From assembly GCF_006345805.1 (NCBI RefSeq), contig NC_042999.1, forward strand, positions 136,524,001-136,588,000: DNA of 64,000 bases, written 5' to 3'. Position 1 is the first letter of the stretch, and each line of letters starts with the position of its first letter. Of the stretch, positions 35,050 through 48,480 are shown piece after piece. The stretch comes from Octopus sinensis. Lineage: Eukaryota. The position numbers were made by a program, and so were the translations under genes. The notes under the pieces were generated by a model. That model saw only the letters and a list, made by a program, of their open reading frames with translations. It was not told the DNA's origin and ran no database searches.

Positions 35050-35866
35050 TATGAAGGTGTATTTGATAATTAGAAATATAAATTTAAATGTTGATGATAA
35101 ATTTAACATTAAAATTCAAAATTAATGATTAAGAAGTTAGAAATTAAGAAATAAAAAAATTTTAAAATTAGGTATATTAATCATAATTAAGAAAGTAATT
35201 GCAAATAATTTTGGATATTAGAAGAGAAGTTGTATAATAGCGGTGAATGGAAGAAAATAGTAGTCAATGATTGTAAAAGTAAATATAAAAACATTATAAA
35301 TATTCAATTTAATTAAATTTGGTACTCTATAAGCACTAATCCAACATTTCTAATGTTTTAGATTTGTGCTTATAGAATGCTTAATTTAATTTTAAGTTTA
35401 GTAAAAAATATTTATAATTTACTTTATAAACTTATTTGAGTAAATGTATAAGGTAATTTTGTAGCAATTAGAGTTGCTTTATGCAAGTCTTCTGAGAGAA
35501 TCTTTGTAAAATATTTTCCAGTGTTTTTATGTGAAAAATTTCCATTGATATTCAATGTATATAAATCCAAGAATTTAGCCTAATTGTTTTAGATTTAACT
35601 ATTTTCCTATCAATGCTTTGAGAATAATTCTAAATTCTTATTTAGACAAAAATCCATTGTTAGGATTTCTCCACTTGATAAAGTCTGGCTTATATGGTGA
35701 AAACAGTAGAGTTTTCAATGAGTGATGAGTATTTTAGCTTTTTTTATTTTTGTCTTTAATACTCCAGACATACTTAGACAATGGTGTGATATTTCTGTTT
35801 TCAATGTTGGACAAAGATTAGATGCTGTGTGTACTAATTTTTGAATGAGTTGGCTTTGGTACAGTA
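35050..35866 (-). mobile_element. Decayed Penelope-like GIY-YIG C-terminus and AT-rich 3' region (possibly Naiad-type)
   Basis: Minus strand SFKN*YTQHL…NRNITPLSKYVWSIKDK…SPYKP…DFCLNKNLEL resembles FKxRYxxH…STxLSKYIWxLK…PY…CxLCLxEKxxI. The 3' boundary is uncertain. Confidence 0.55.
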
Positions 35867-35881
35867 TTAAATATATATATT

Positions 35882-36091
35882 ACGGAGATGTACTTGCATA
35901 GTGAGTGACTTGATCTGAGATTGTGTGCTGGAACGAAAACAATTGCAGCATGGAAGGTGTTTATAAGCCATTTAAGAAACACACAAAACCATTAGATTCA
36001 CTTCAACATTTAAATTTAATTTGTCAAAATATTTTCGTCATGCAGCACGAAGCTTAAATGGCTTATAAACACCTTCCATGCTGCAATTGTT
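35882..36091 (+). mobile_element. Repeat fragment with terminal inversion (same family as 5472-5590), in (TA)n
   Basis: 35938-35975 is inverted at 36053-36091. Confidence 0.6.
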
Positions 36092-36374
36092 AAATATATA
36101 TATATACATATACATATATATATATATATATAGATATATATATAATGTAGCTGCAGTTGAATGACTGAAACAAATAAAGGGTAAACAATGTGTGTGTGTG
36201 TGTGTGTCTGCTGTCTGTCCGTGTCTGTGTACGTATATGCTTAACAGACATTGTTTTAGCTATGAAACATTTGTAGTCTTTATATATGTATATATGCATA
36301 TAATAATATAAATAATATATATATATATGCATATATACATACATATATGTACATACCTACATATATATGTAAAT

Positions 36375-36792
36375 ATATACATGCATATATGGATATAGGA
36401 CATCAAAAAAACTTTGAACACAATGAGAAACGAAAACATAAAAACAAAAACATAGAAAACGAACTTTTTTCAAACAACGAAAAAAACCAGAGAAATGAGT
36501 CATGCAACATAAAGAATATTCCCCTTCATCAGTTGTCCGTGTTTTGTAGGTAAAGACAATACGCGACTTCATTGAAATAGTCCTTCCCACAAACAAATTA
36601 AATAAAATTTGGGATTTTTTTGTGGAGGGTGAAAGTGGTCACAAGAACAGGACAGAGAGAACAAGACAGTAAAAACAAACGGTGAGGGCTGTTGAGCCAA
36701 GACGATGCATATATGCAAAAACTGTCCGATGAACGGCAACGGGAAACTCAGAGTAACAGGTTTTGTTGAATTTTCTGCTGCTTTAAATAAAG

Positions 36793-36795
<3 letters not shown>
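36375..36795. mobile_element. Penelope-like terminal fragment(s) between microsatellites
   Basis: Ends in a hammerhead-like motif and AATAAA shared with 2480-2533. Confidence 0.5.
36722..36759 (+). ncRNA. Minimal type-I hammerhead-like motif (U4C core)
   Basis: ctgt-CCGATGA-a cg gcaa cg g-GAAA-ctc a gag-TA-acag: stem I ctgt/acag, stem III ctc/gag, GUA site. Confidence 0.55.
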
Positions 36796-36856
<61 letters not shown>

Positions 36857-37305
36857 CGTGCATGTGTGTGTGCGTTCATGCTTGAGTGCATATGTAGTTT
36901 GCTGTTCTGTTAAGGTAGGATCAACAAAAAAAGTACTCTGAGGGTTGAACTACAAACCTCAAATCATGAGGTCAAATCTACTCTTAATGGCCTATGTGTC
37001 ACACCATCACACAAACATTATACCCTCAATAATTCAATAACAATTAGGTTTTAATTTTTATTGGAACTTCATAGTTGAATGAGTGATTACTGGTTTGAAG
37101 TTGATCTTTTGTCTTTAAGTACACATAGATATTTTTTTGTACAGCTGATTTCTTATTCATTATTAATGCTTGCTTTACCTTGCCTGGACATCATATTTCT
37201 ATGAAATTAAAGCAACAAATCAATTAATCATAAACTAAGATTGTAGCCTATTCAAAAATATACAGAAGAATATGAAGAAATATTCCAAGAGGAAACATCC
37301 ATAAT

Positions 37306-37632
37306 CTTTTATCTTTTATCTTTTACTTGTTTCAGTCATTTGACTGTGGCCATACTGGGCAATGCCTTGAAGGGTTTCAGTTGAACAAATTGACCTTGGA
37401 ACATATTTTTTAAACCTGGGTCTTATTTCATTGGACTACTTTTGCTGAACTGCTAAGTTACAGGGATGTAAACACACCAACACTGGTTGTCAAGCAGTGG
37501 TGGGGGATAAACACACACACAAAGACATACACACATAGATATATACATACATATATATATAGAGAGAGAGAGAGAGTATCAGAATACCACTTGCTAGAAA
37601 GAGGAGCTAACATATATATCTATATCTATCTA

Positions 37633-37707
<75 letters not shown>

Positions 37708-38430
37708 TAGCAGAGATACCCAGCATTACTCGGGGTTAAAATGGCAGTTTTTTTATTCTTTTACTTATTTCAGTCCTTTGACTGTGGCCATGCTGTTTGA
37801 CCTTTAGTCAAACAGAAAGAAAGAAAGAAAGGAAGGAAGAAAGTAGCTTTAGGATCAACACCACTAAAACCAATCCTATGGTTGCGATATGTTGATGACA
37901 CCTTTATACTCTGGCTCTACCAGGAAAAAAAAGTGCAATCACATGAAAACAGGGGCAAATTGTAACTCACAAATGAATACTGCTGGCAGTACTGTGCAAG
38001 CAGTTGATAAGAGCTTGCCACAGCTGACAAAGTAAAGTATTGATTTTTCCAGCTTGGTGTGTGTCACATTTGTTTTTGCTGCCTCAAGCCAAATCCTAGG
38101 CGAATTGAGAGTAGTCTTTTTATGTTGGAGGTGCAGAATTTTGAGGAAAGAATTATAAGAAAAAGCGTCCTAAGTCAAAGAGAGCACACGTCAAATTTGG
38201 TGAAATTCAGTTGAAAATTGTAGGAGTAGAAGTGGTTCACACAACACACACACACAACAACTTGCCTTTTAATATATAAGATATATATATATATGATGAG
38301 CTTCTTTCAGTTTCTGTCTACCAAATTTGGCAGCCCGAGGCTATAGTAGAAAATACATTCCTAAGGTACCATGCAGTGAAACTGAACCTAGAACCATATG
38401 ATTGGGAAGCAAACTTCTTACCACACAGCA
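37306..38430 (-). mobile_element. SINE family A split by a Helitron inserted in its internal (TA)n
   Basis: Tail at 37306-37520, head at 38295-38430. Confidence 0.8.
37707..38281 (-). mobile_element. Non-autonomous Helitron with captured fragments
   Basis: Minus strand starts TC(ttatatattaaaagg) and ends in the hairpin cccgagtaatgctggg followed by CTAG. Inserted between A and T with no TSD. Confidence 0.8.
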
Positions 38431-39019
38431 GAAAAATTAAAAAAGATATCCATATAAAAATATTCTGTTAAACTTTGAACAAAACCCAGGGAAATCATAA
38501 CATCATGGGGGAAGAAAAAAGTAATAAAACTGAATTTATACAAACTATTTAATTTATTACAGAATTATTGTTAAACTATACTCTATTATAATGAATTCCA
38601 TTTAATGATTTATTTGTAATAAATTTATATTACTGAACACTCATAGCTTTTTATTCAAAATATTCAGCCACCAAATGCTCAACCCCGCCCCCTGTATTTC
38701 ATGTTTGTTTGTCTGATTGATCGCTGTGTGTCTGGTCAGGTATGTCAGAAACTATCAAAGCTATAAAAGCCAATTTATGTTTATGTTCTATCAAAGACTG
38801 ATTACTAAGCAAATTTAAAAAAAAAAAAAAAGTTGTGGTTGTTTTTAAATTTTTCTTGTTTTTGGCAATTTATTTGGTTATGAAGATATTAAATATGCAG
38901 CTCTGTTGCAGGTTATTGAAAGCTGAAATAATTTACATTAAAAATAAAATGTAACAGATTTACAATTACTGTCATAGATGCATAGTAATACAGTTTCTTA
39001 CAGATACTTCTTTATACTA

Positions 39020-39415
39020 CATATAGGCACAAAGCCTGAAATTTTGAGAGAGGGAGCTAGCCAATTACATTGAACCCATTGCTCAACTGGTACATCTTTT
39101 ATTTATCCCAAAATGAGGAAAGACTAAGTGGAGCTTGATGGAATTTGAACTCAGAACACAATACCAGAAGAAATGTCACTAAGCATTTTACCTGGTGTGC
39201 TAATGGTTCTGTCAGCTCATTGCTTTGACTTCTTGCAGATATTGGTTTCAAATTTTTGCACAATGCCAGCAAGTTTGACGGGAAGGGGGTAAGGCAATGG
39301 ATCCCAGAGATCAAGTAGTACTTATTTTATCGACCTCAAAAGATGAAAGGCATGTGAATCAGAATGTAAAGACAGACAAAATGCCACTACTACATTGTAA
39401 CAATTCTGCCACCTT
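39020..39415 (-). mobile_element. Two tandem copies of SINE family B
   Basis: Reverse complement of the ggcagtgagctggcagaatc…ctgagttcaaatt…gcctttcatcc…aaataagtac family seen at 62152-62350. Confidence 0.75.
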
Positions 39416-39953
39416 CATTTCTTCCAGATATTAATGACTATAATTGTTTAGAAGTACAAACTCTTTCCCGCTCTCTCTGTTTGTTTTCTTTAATAGTTTA
39501 ATCTGGAAGAAAAACTACCCATGGCTTTTGCTCACTGTTCAAAACTGGTGATATCAATGCGGTTGATGCTTACTTGAATAATCCAAATTGATCCTTGTAG
39601 GAAAATTATAAACAGGGAGGGTATTCCTAAGGGATAATGTTCTATAAGGTAAGGGCTGAGTAAAGTGATAGGTGCAGGAGATGTGAAGTAGTCACAAAAT
39701 GGTCTTGAAAGGAAGACAGACAGGTAAGTTAGCTGAGCCTGAGAAGAGGTGTTATAAGGTTAAGCCATGTTATAAGAAGCAGGGTTAAGAGACAGCATAA
39801 CTGTATGCCAAAGGCCAGAGTGGGTTAGGGAAATGCCAATCAGTAGGGTGGACTTTCTGGGGTGGGAGGAAGCAGTTAGTAGGTGGACAGACAGATAGAC
39901 AAACAGACAGAAAAATAAACAGATATAACCAGGAACAAGAGATATGAAATTAA

Positions 39954-40170
39954 CCCATTAGCATTTAATCTGGTGATATTTGGACCCAGATATTCTACCT
40001 GTTTTATGTATAAACTGACCAGATCCAACCTCTCACAGCTACCCTATAATTTCATTCAATATATAAATATACCATTGAGACTGCCAAGCTACAAGATGAT
40101 TCATGATTAATTCAAAACAATGTGAATAAATAAGTAATACGTTTGACAAAGAAATCTGAACGCTAAAAGG
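39954..40170. mobile_element. TTAA-specific MITE (piggyBac/Kolobok-type)
   Basis: TTAA on both sides; TIR cccattagcatt / aacgctaaaagg. Confidence 0.75.
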
Positions 40171-40321
40171 TTAAGGCAAAGAAAAGGATGTGTTTTTCAC
40201 CAAAGAATAAGAGAGTATGATTAAAGTTATTTTGGACCGACTGATGAGACTGGGTGAATGAATTTATTGTATGGATAATAAGATGGAAATGCATAAGGTA
40301 AAATATACATGGAAGTAAGTA

Positions 40322-41561
40322 TTGGATCATCCCAATAATGCAGCTCTTTTATACTTCTTTTATTTTTCAAAATTTAGATAAACAAAGTTCTTTTTTAATC
40401 TAAAATATATTCTTCTCCATTTTCTACAATGTTCTTCCATCTATTTAGTAGACTTGCAAGGCTCCTCTTCCAAAATTCATTTCTCCGTGATGAAAAATAC
40501 TCCTCCACTACTGTTCTGTCCTTGTCTAGAGAATTCATATTTTCTCCATCCAAATGATTTTGAAGACTGCGGAATAAATAATAATCAGATGGGTGGGGCA
40601 TCGTTTTCCTTTCAAACTGCTCCAGCCTTTGGAATGTCATCCTCACTGTATGTGGCAGAGCATTATCCTGATGGAAGAACACCTTTTATCTTGAAACTAA
40701 AGATGATTGTTTTCCTTCTATCACTGACGCTCAAGCTACTCACAGTAGATCTCCTTTGTTATTGTTTGGTTTGGATTTAATAGTAGACTAAACCTTTCAT
40801 ATCCTACCAAACAGACAACACCTTACATGGGTGAAGACATTTGGCCTGGGGTACTAGTGTTTCTTCTTTCCCTACCCACTGTCTTCAGCACTTAGCATTT
40901 TTATAGAGAATCCTTTCCTGATCACCAATCACTATTCAATTGAAGAAAGATTCATTCATGAGGCATGACAGCAAAGAAAAGCACACATTCACTCTCTGCG
41001 CCTAATTAGACTCAGAAAGTATGTGAGGAACCCATTGACCCAATTTGCTGACTTTTCCAATGTCATGCAGATATCGATGAATGGTTGAATGACCAAATCC
41101 AAGCTTTTCTGCTTATTCCTCAGCAGTTATGATAGGATTTTGTTCCACCAGGGTTTGCAGGACATCCTCATCGAGCTCTACAGATCTTCCAGGACAAGGC
41201 TCATCTTCTATGCTATAGTTTCCAGCTAGGAATTTTTGGAACCACTGTTGACACTGGCTTACGCTTATTGTCCGATCCCCATATACAGCATTAATATTCC
41301 TCACACTTTCCATTGTGTAGTTGCCTTTATTGAACTCATAAAGCGAAAAACACTGAATATGCTCCTTTGTCACTTCCATTATAACTTTGAAAAAATAACT
41401 TAAAATTGAACTGCACTCTTCAAAACTTGCATTAAGAATAAAGACAAGGTAAAATTAATACCTGCTTTTATAGCAATTTGATGCAGGTAGTTTATCTCAT
41501 ACCCTTCCGACTTTTGGTTTATGCAAATGAAAGAAAAAGCATTATTTAGGGGATGACCCGA
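40322..41561 (-). mobile_element. Full-length decayed mariner (~1.24 kb)
   Basis: TIRs ttggatcatcccaataatgc / gcattatttaggggatgacccga with TA flanks; transposase fragments on the minus strand. Confidence 0.92.
40395..41379 (-). pseudogene. Mariner transposase pseudogene
   Basis: MEVTKEHI…LYEFNKG…QWFQKF…EDEPCPGRS; WVPH; HQDNALPH…SDYYLFRSLQNHL…RWKNIVENGEEYILD; contains stops and frameshifts. Confidence 0.9.
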
Positions 41562-43509
41562 TAGTTACATAAAATTATGACAATAGTAATTTTTTCAATT
41601 TAGCAAGCTGACTTATTCCATACTAAGAGATGCCAACACAAGACAGTGAAGAGAATGACTTTGAAAGTAGAGCAAAGAAGCCTCAAAGTGGCTGTTCAGC
41701 CTACACAAAATAGTAGCCGAGTTTGCAAAGCACAAGGAAAACAAAAAGGAAGGACACATTGAATAAAGAAATCTTAAATATTCCATTTCCGAAAACATGA
41801 TGGTAGTTATGATCAAATTGCTTTTGGTCATACATCTGCTCAATCAGGACTAACCCAGGGCTGAAAAATAACAATAATAAAAATATGAAACACCAGGAAT
41901 AGAACTCACCTGTATTTCATTTATCCAACAGATTTTTACATAAAAAGCAAAAAATTAATTTCTTTGGGATGTCATTTTTTTATTTTTTTCATGGCATTAT
42001 ACACACACGCATGCGCACACATGCACGCACACACACACACACACACAATCTTCAGCTCTAGTAATCTGTAACATTTATATTCAATCATAGTGTTACATTC
42101 AAACATCTATCTTCCCTTATATTTCTGAAGTCAATAATGTGGAAATTTGAAACCAGCAGAGCATATACACAATGCAAACTGAAAAGCTGCTGGTGCAAGT
42201 TAATAATAATTGCATTATAATCAAAGACAGATGCATTATTAAATTTAATATCCTCTTTCAACTCAGCACTTTTGATAATCTAATTTGATAGTGTGATGTA
42301 ACAAACTAACAGTTATACTTCATTTCTATCTCAAGGGAGATATCTAATGGTTTACAGCTCTTAAGATATTGAAGTATTATACAATGTCATTTCACTACAC
42401 AAAATATAAGTTTGAAGGTTTCACACACAAATCTTATCAAAGAAGACAAAACTTCCTGTCAGTTCCTCTACGAAATATTAAGTTGAATTCCTTCCCAATT
42501 AAATTATCCCCAGAGCAACATAAAGCAATCTCCAAAAGCAATTTATCATCAGATATTTCACCATCACTTCATGTTTTCCCATTGGTCTTTCTGTTCACAG
42601 CTGACTAATTTATGTTAGAGCTAGTACAATTAGTTTATGGAAGCATTGCAATACCTATTCAAAAATTTATCTAAATTTGTAGGAGCAACCAACCCATTCA
42701 AACTTAGAACGATAGAAAGAAATGTTTTGGAAAGTAAATAAAACAATTTGTAGTCATATCATATTTGATCTCACAAAAGTGGTGAAATAGTTACTGGGAA
42801 TAACATGGAATAGAGATATGTGCTGATAGTATGGATACACACATACACGCACACACATGTGCACATATATACACATATATACTTGCATTGAGTATTGTTC
42901 TGTAGTTAACAATAGTCAACCTTAATAAAATATAGCTCTGTACCACATGCATTCAGTACATGATTCTTTGTTAGCAACATAAATGTACAAATACAATATA
43001 TGTACCTATATATATATATATATACATACACACACACACACTCACACACACACACATATATATATGTGCATATGTACATTAACATTATCATCATCATCAT
43101 TACAAATATTATTATCTTCAAACATGAACGTGTGATAGCTTGATAGAAACTGAGAAGCAAACATTAGCAGCTGGTAACAGCCAGAATACAATTACATTCA
43201 ACTATAAGCAATGTATTCAGTTTTCGAGCAAGTTACTTTACACCACTTGCTTCTTTTTAAGTAAATGGTAACTAAATAATAAAAACTTACCCTGTTTATT
43301 ACTACTAGGACTGGAATACATAGCATTTTAAAACTACCTAGATGCAGGTGAAAGCCAAGTGGTTCAGAAGTCTGCTTTGCAATTGTGCTTTCCAGGTTCA
43401 ATTCCATTTGTCAAGTATCTTCTATTATGTCATTTGTACTTGGGTGGACCAAATATCTTATGAGTGAAATCTAGTAACTGTGCAGAAGCCTTTTACACAT
43501 GTACAGACA

Positions 43510-43865
43510 CAGGTGTGGCTGTGTGGTAAGAAGCTTGCTTCCCAGCCACATGGTTTCAGGTTCAGTCTCATTGCATGACTCCTTGGGCATATGTCTTCTA
43601 CTATAACCTTGGGCCAACCAAGCCTTTTTGAGTGGATTTGGTAGATGAAAACATTATGTGTGTGCATGTGCATGTGTGTGTGTGTCCGTCCTTCTACTGC
43701 TTGACAACCAGTGTTGGCATGCCTATGTTCCCCATAATTTAATGGTTCAGCAAAAGAGACCAGGCATTAAAAGAAATAAGTACTGGGATCAATTCATTTG
43801 ACTAACAGATCTTCAAGGCAGTGCTCCAGCATGGCCACAGTCAGATGACTGAAAGTAAAAGATAA
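43510..43865 (+). mobile_element. SINE family A
   Basis: Head and tail present. Confidence 0.85.
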
Positions 43866-43869
43866 CTGG

Positions 43870-44095
43870 CATCAACACTTTACATCCACTTCCATGCTGG
43901 CATTAACTGGATTGTTTATATCAATCCAGGTCACTTCATATCTGAAGTTATAGCTCTTTATAAGATAGAGTGAGGGAACACATCTTACTCATACCTTTAT
44001 TTTGGGATGGTTTCTGCAACTAGATGCCTTTCTTAACACCAGTTACTTTACAGAGTGTTCTGGTAGTATTTATTTGTGGCACCAGCACTGTGAAG
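43870..44095 (-). mobile_element. Old RTE-type tail
   Basis: catccacttccatgctggcat…tagatgcctttcttaacacc. Confidence 0.55.
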
Positions 44096-45744
44096 GTTGC
44101 CTTGTCTTCAGTAAGATAAAACTAAAGAGTTTTCTTGGTCCAACATTTTCTCAGTTCATTCAATAATCAATTTACAGAGTGAACTGAGTAGACCCAATAA
44201 AGTGATCTATCTGTCTATCTGTCTATCTGTCTGTCTGTCTGTCTGTCTGTCTGCTTGACTGTCTATTTGTTTGAATGCCTGCCTGTCTGTGTGTGTGTGT
44301 GTGTGTGTATGTGTTATAAAAAGAGATCAATAAATGACTATCTGTCTGAATAAGAACCATAACACATACTATTGAAAGTAGTACCCCAGTATGATCATAG
44401 TCAAAGGATGGAAACTGGCAAAAGAACAAAAGAAATCTTATGTAACATCAACAATAAACACATAAATTTTTGTTTTTAATAGACTTTCATACTAAACATT
44501 AAAATTATAACCACATGTAAGCTGGGACTGAACCAATATTCTTTGTTTACATATTTATTATTCTTTGTCTCAATTGATATTCAGACCTTTTCATAATATG
44601 ACATGTTTATTTTATGATTTCACTGTTTTATAATTGTTATATAAAGTATTTCACATTATATGTAGCATAAAGTAAAAATTTTATCTCGACCTTTTAAATT
44701 CCCCATACACAAAGCTGTTTACTTTGAGAATTTTTTTAAATTTTGCAAGAACATTTCACTGAATACTGTATCAGTTCTGACAATTTATCATAGAATAATA
44801 CTTTGAAGTTATTTCCTCAAGTGGTTATATTAAAAATATTTACCAAGCACTTATCTTCAGTTAGATTCCAATGAAAATATTAGAGTTGAAAATTGGCTAT
44901 TTAAAAGAGCATTATTGCATCATTTTAAAATGAGGTTTTTGAAGAATCTGAGAGAGTATAATAATTATCTTAATTTTTGTTCTTTAAATCCGATTAAATT
45001 TTATTAGGAAACGTATCATATTCCCTATCCCAATTTTATGATAATTTGAAAATTGCTTCAGTAATGTATAATTTGATAATCACACCAGGTATTTTTATCA
45101 GGAATTGAATTCATGAGTTTCTTTCCCCATGAAGCAATTTTCCGTAATAGCCAATATTTTCTAGCCTTTTGTAAGAATTTAGAAGCAATTATATATCAAT
45201 AACTGACTTCATAAACTAAATGAAGTATTTTATAAAAAGAAAATTATGGATTTAAAAATAAACAGCTTTATTAGAATAAAAAAAAATTAACTTTTAATTT
45301 ATGGCTTCCTGGTAAGGAGGTATCTGTTTTATTTTCTTTTATAAATTTTCATTGTTGCTTTCACCATCAATACTTTTACATGAATATTACCAAGCTGGTA
45401 AGAAATAAATGGTCAATTTGATGGCCATTTCTTTTTATAGACCAGTTATATTTGCACCTGTCTATTGATATGAGTTTTCCAATTTAATATTCTTTATTGT
45501 ATTTTTGTTGTAAAGTTATGATTACTAATCAGTAAATCAAATTAGCAATCATATACACATAACAGAATAGCCACCTAATTGCTTTGTAATATATTAATTA
45601 AAGTAATTTTCCTGGGAAACAATTTTATATCATAAATGATGTGGTGTAGTAATAAGCCTGTAGAGGGTGAGTGACAAAAGAATTTCATACTATTCAGAGT
45701 TAGAACAGAATAAAAGAGAGAGAATTTAACAATATATATTTCTA

Positions 45745-45945
45745 AACTAGGTACAATGGCTGAAATTGGGGGTGGGAGAGGTTAATTGATAGCTCAGTAG
45801 TTAACTGCTATTTCATTTTGTTGACCCCCCCCAGAATAAGGATGAAAGGCAAAGTTGACCTCAGTGAGATTTGAATTCAGAATGTTAAGAGCCAGAAGAA
45901 ATTCTGCAAGACTTTTTGTTTGACACTTTAACAATTTTGCCAATA
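45745..45945 (-). mobile_element. SINE family B
   Basis: ggatgaaaggcaaagttgacctcagtgagatttgaattcagaatg. Confidence 0.75.
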
Positions 45946-46209
45946 CTCTTAATGTGTTTTTAGTAAAATGAACAATATGAAATATTTGTCTTTTACACAG
46001 ATTTCTTTTACTGAACAGTTAGTTCTTGTCTCTTCTAACATTCTCTTTACTAATAATTCTATACAATGTCCCAGACCTATTGAGACAGTGAATTAACTCT
46101 GAAGTTTTTATTTTCATATATTTTGGGTAAACCAGAGGGTACAATTCATCTATCTCTAACTATAGTCATAGCAGGAGCTGAACTTAATACTGCAAAACAA
46201 TACTGTCTA

Positions 46210-46422
46210 ATGCTGGCACAAGACCAACAATAATGAGGAGTGGGGAACAAGTCAATTGCACCAATCCCAATACTTGACTGGTACTTTATTTTATAGACCA
46301 AAAAACAGACAAAATACAAATTTGACCTCAGTGGGATTTGAGGTTACCATGTAAGGAGTGAGAAGAAATGCCACTAAACATTTTGTCTGATGGGCTAACG
46401 ATTCTGCTGGCTCATTGCCTTG
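46210..46422 (-). mobile_element. SINE family B
   Basis: ctggtactttattttat…tttgacctcagtgggatttg…ttctgctggctcattgcctt. Confidence 0.75.
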
Positions 46423-46502
46423 AGTACTGCAAAATAATAAAAACAGTAGTCAATTAAAGAGTGCTCTTTCTGCTTGAAGTGGTAATCTATACCTCCTGAA
46501 GG

Positions 46503-46667
46503 CAGGGTCAGCCCTAGGGTTACTGGTATCCCAGGCAAGTGAACTTCAGTGTGTACAAACTGATAGTCATGGAAATTTCCTTGTCTTTGTCACACACTTC
46601 TTGATGCCCCCTAGCATATGGCACCCTGGGCAACTGCCTAAGTTGCTGATACCTTGAGCTGGCCCTG
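46503..46667. mobile_element. 165-bp hAT-type MITE
   Basis: TIR cagggtcagc / gctggccctg; 8-bp TSD cctgaagg / cctcaagg. Confidence 0.75.
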
Positions 46668-47199
46668 CCTCAAGGTCCCTATTTATAGTTAGATGGACCA
46701 CTTAAAGTTAAGTGTCTTTGCCAAGGGTACTGGTAAACAGTGTCAAAAAGCTAGACATAAAAATTCTTTCACATCAAGAGAGTATCAAGGTCCACAATCT
46801 AGATGCCACGAGTAGATTTACTGTAAATTGTGGATAAAAAACTGATTACAATATTTTACATTTGAATATGACTTGATATAAAATTGAGTCAAAAAATTAT
46901 AAATATGAAAATCTTTTGGTTTTGAAAGACTAATAAACTCACTATTTATGATTAGATAACCTTTGATATTAAGGTTTTGGCTCATATATTCAACATAGAT
47001 TTAAGGTAGTGTAAAATAGGCTTGAGCACTAATACTGGAGAGCATTTAGTCAGGGGTTCTATTTAGACAATAGTGTTCTGATAGAAAAGTAAATTTGAAT
47101 TGTTTCATTACAAGTGAGCTAAAAGTATTTGTGGCTGGTGGTGTAAGTCATGTATGAGATGAGCTTAATATGAACTAGAGTGTTGCACACACACACACA

Positions 47200-48480
47200 T
47201 ACTTTTCTTGTTGCTGAAATGTTGTAACTATGAATGCTCTATGTTTGTGCATCGTCTTCTCGTTCTTCACTGTCTTCTATGTGTACTGTGAATGTTGTGG
47301 AGGTGTTTTATGCAACACCTATTATCTTTGGTTTCTTTGCATGTGTGAGTGTGTGAATTTGTGTGTGGTATGTCTGTTATCATTGTGTGAGTGAGTGGTT
47401 GTATCTGATGTTTTCTGGTGTTGCTGGTAAGAAAAGTAGATTTGGTAGATGCTACATTACATCAGTTGTTGTGCTACTGAATTTGTTGTTTTAAAGGCAG
47501 GTTTTAGGTAAGTGATTCAGGCTTGGAATATTTGTGCATCTATATTTGTAGAATGGTGGGAGGATATGTCTGAGATGTCATCTGCTCTGATATTACATGT
47601 ATGCATTCAAGTACTGTGGGGAGGTTGCATAAGTACTGATTAAAAGATTGGGTGAGGGTATAAATCCTGATAGTGCAATTTGGGTATTTGTTAATTCTGG
47701 GTACATGGTTTATAAGCTTACTGACCTGAGAGATAGTCAGTATTTTGTTTCTGAAGAAGGTCTTGAATCTTTGATGTATAAGTGGATAGCAGAAAACAAA
47801 GTGTCAAGTTTTGATGATCTTGGTTATATTTTAAATGGTGCATGTGGACTATTTTTTTATTATTTTGGAGCTAACATACACTTTCTGTGTGAGTTTCAGT
47901 TTGGTTGGGTACAATGGTCTAAATCCATACTATGAATCAGAGAAGAGACTACTTGGGTTAGTGATATCAAAGATGTTTCATAAATGTTTGAGTGTGCATA
48001 TAGAAGAGTGATGTGTTTGTGTGATGCTACTTCACATGAGTTTTAGAATTCTAAGGATTTAACTCAGTTTCCAGATTCTAGGGACTTAGCAGTGTTGATG
48101 TCTGCCATGTTGTAGATGCAATTGTGGTTCTGTCAGGCTCTGAATCTTTTGAACTTTTGAATTTTCCTATTGCACCTTGGCTGTCTAGCAGAAGGATGTG
48201 GTCAAGGTCATGGTGAAAGTGAAAGGTGTATATTTTTCTCTTTGCATTCTTGTTCTCTTTGTCGGTCACTCCCATAGAAAAGTCTAATAAGAATGTTTGC
48301 TTATTGTGGGTATAAATGCAAGTATGTTGTAGGAAGAAGTTTTTATGGCAGTGGAAGCAATCGGGCTGTTGTTGTTGTGGCTAATTATTTTCTATTTTAT
48401 GTCAGATATAAGATATTTGCCAGTTTTCTGCTTTTCTTTATTTCTATGTTTAGTTATTTGATGTCAAGTTTTTCTTGTCA
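47200..48480 (-). mobile_element. Highly decayed Penelope-like RT remnant
   Basis: Strong T/G skew; minus-strand relics PDRTTIAS (cf. PGRPIVS), HITLLYAHSNI (cf. DVTSLYTNI) and RADDI. Boundaries are approximate. Confidence 0.4.

Noticed and set aside
35327-35375. SECIS-like hairpin on the minus strand downstream of the possible Naiad-type ORF
   Set aside because: It has an AAA bulge and apical helix, but the UGA/GA quartet is replaced by Watson-Crick pairs.
36515-36540. Canonical CTGATGA on the minus strand
   Set aside because: No matching GAAA or stem II in this copy.
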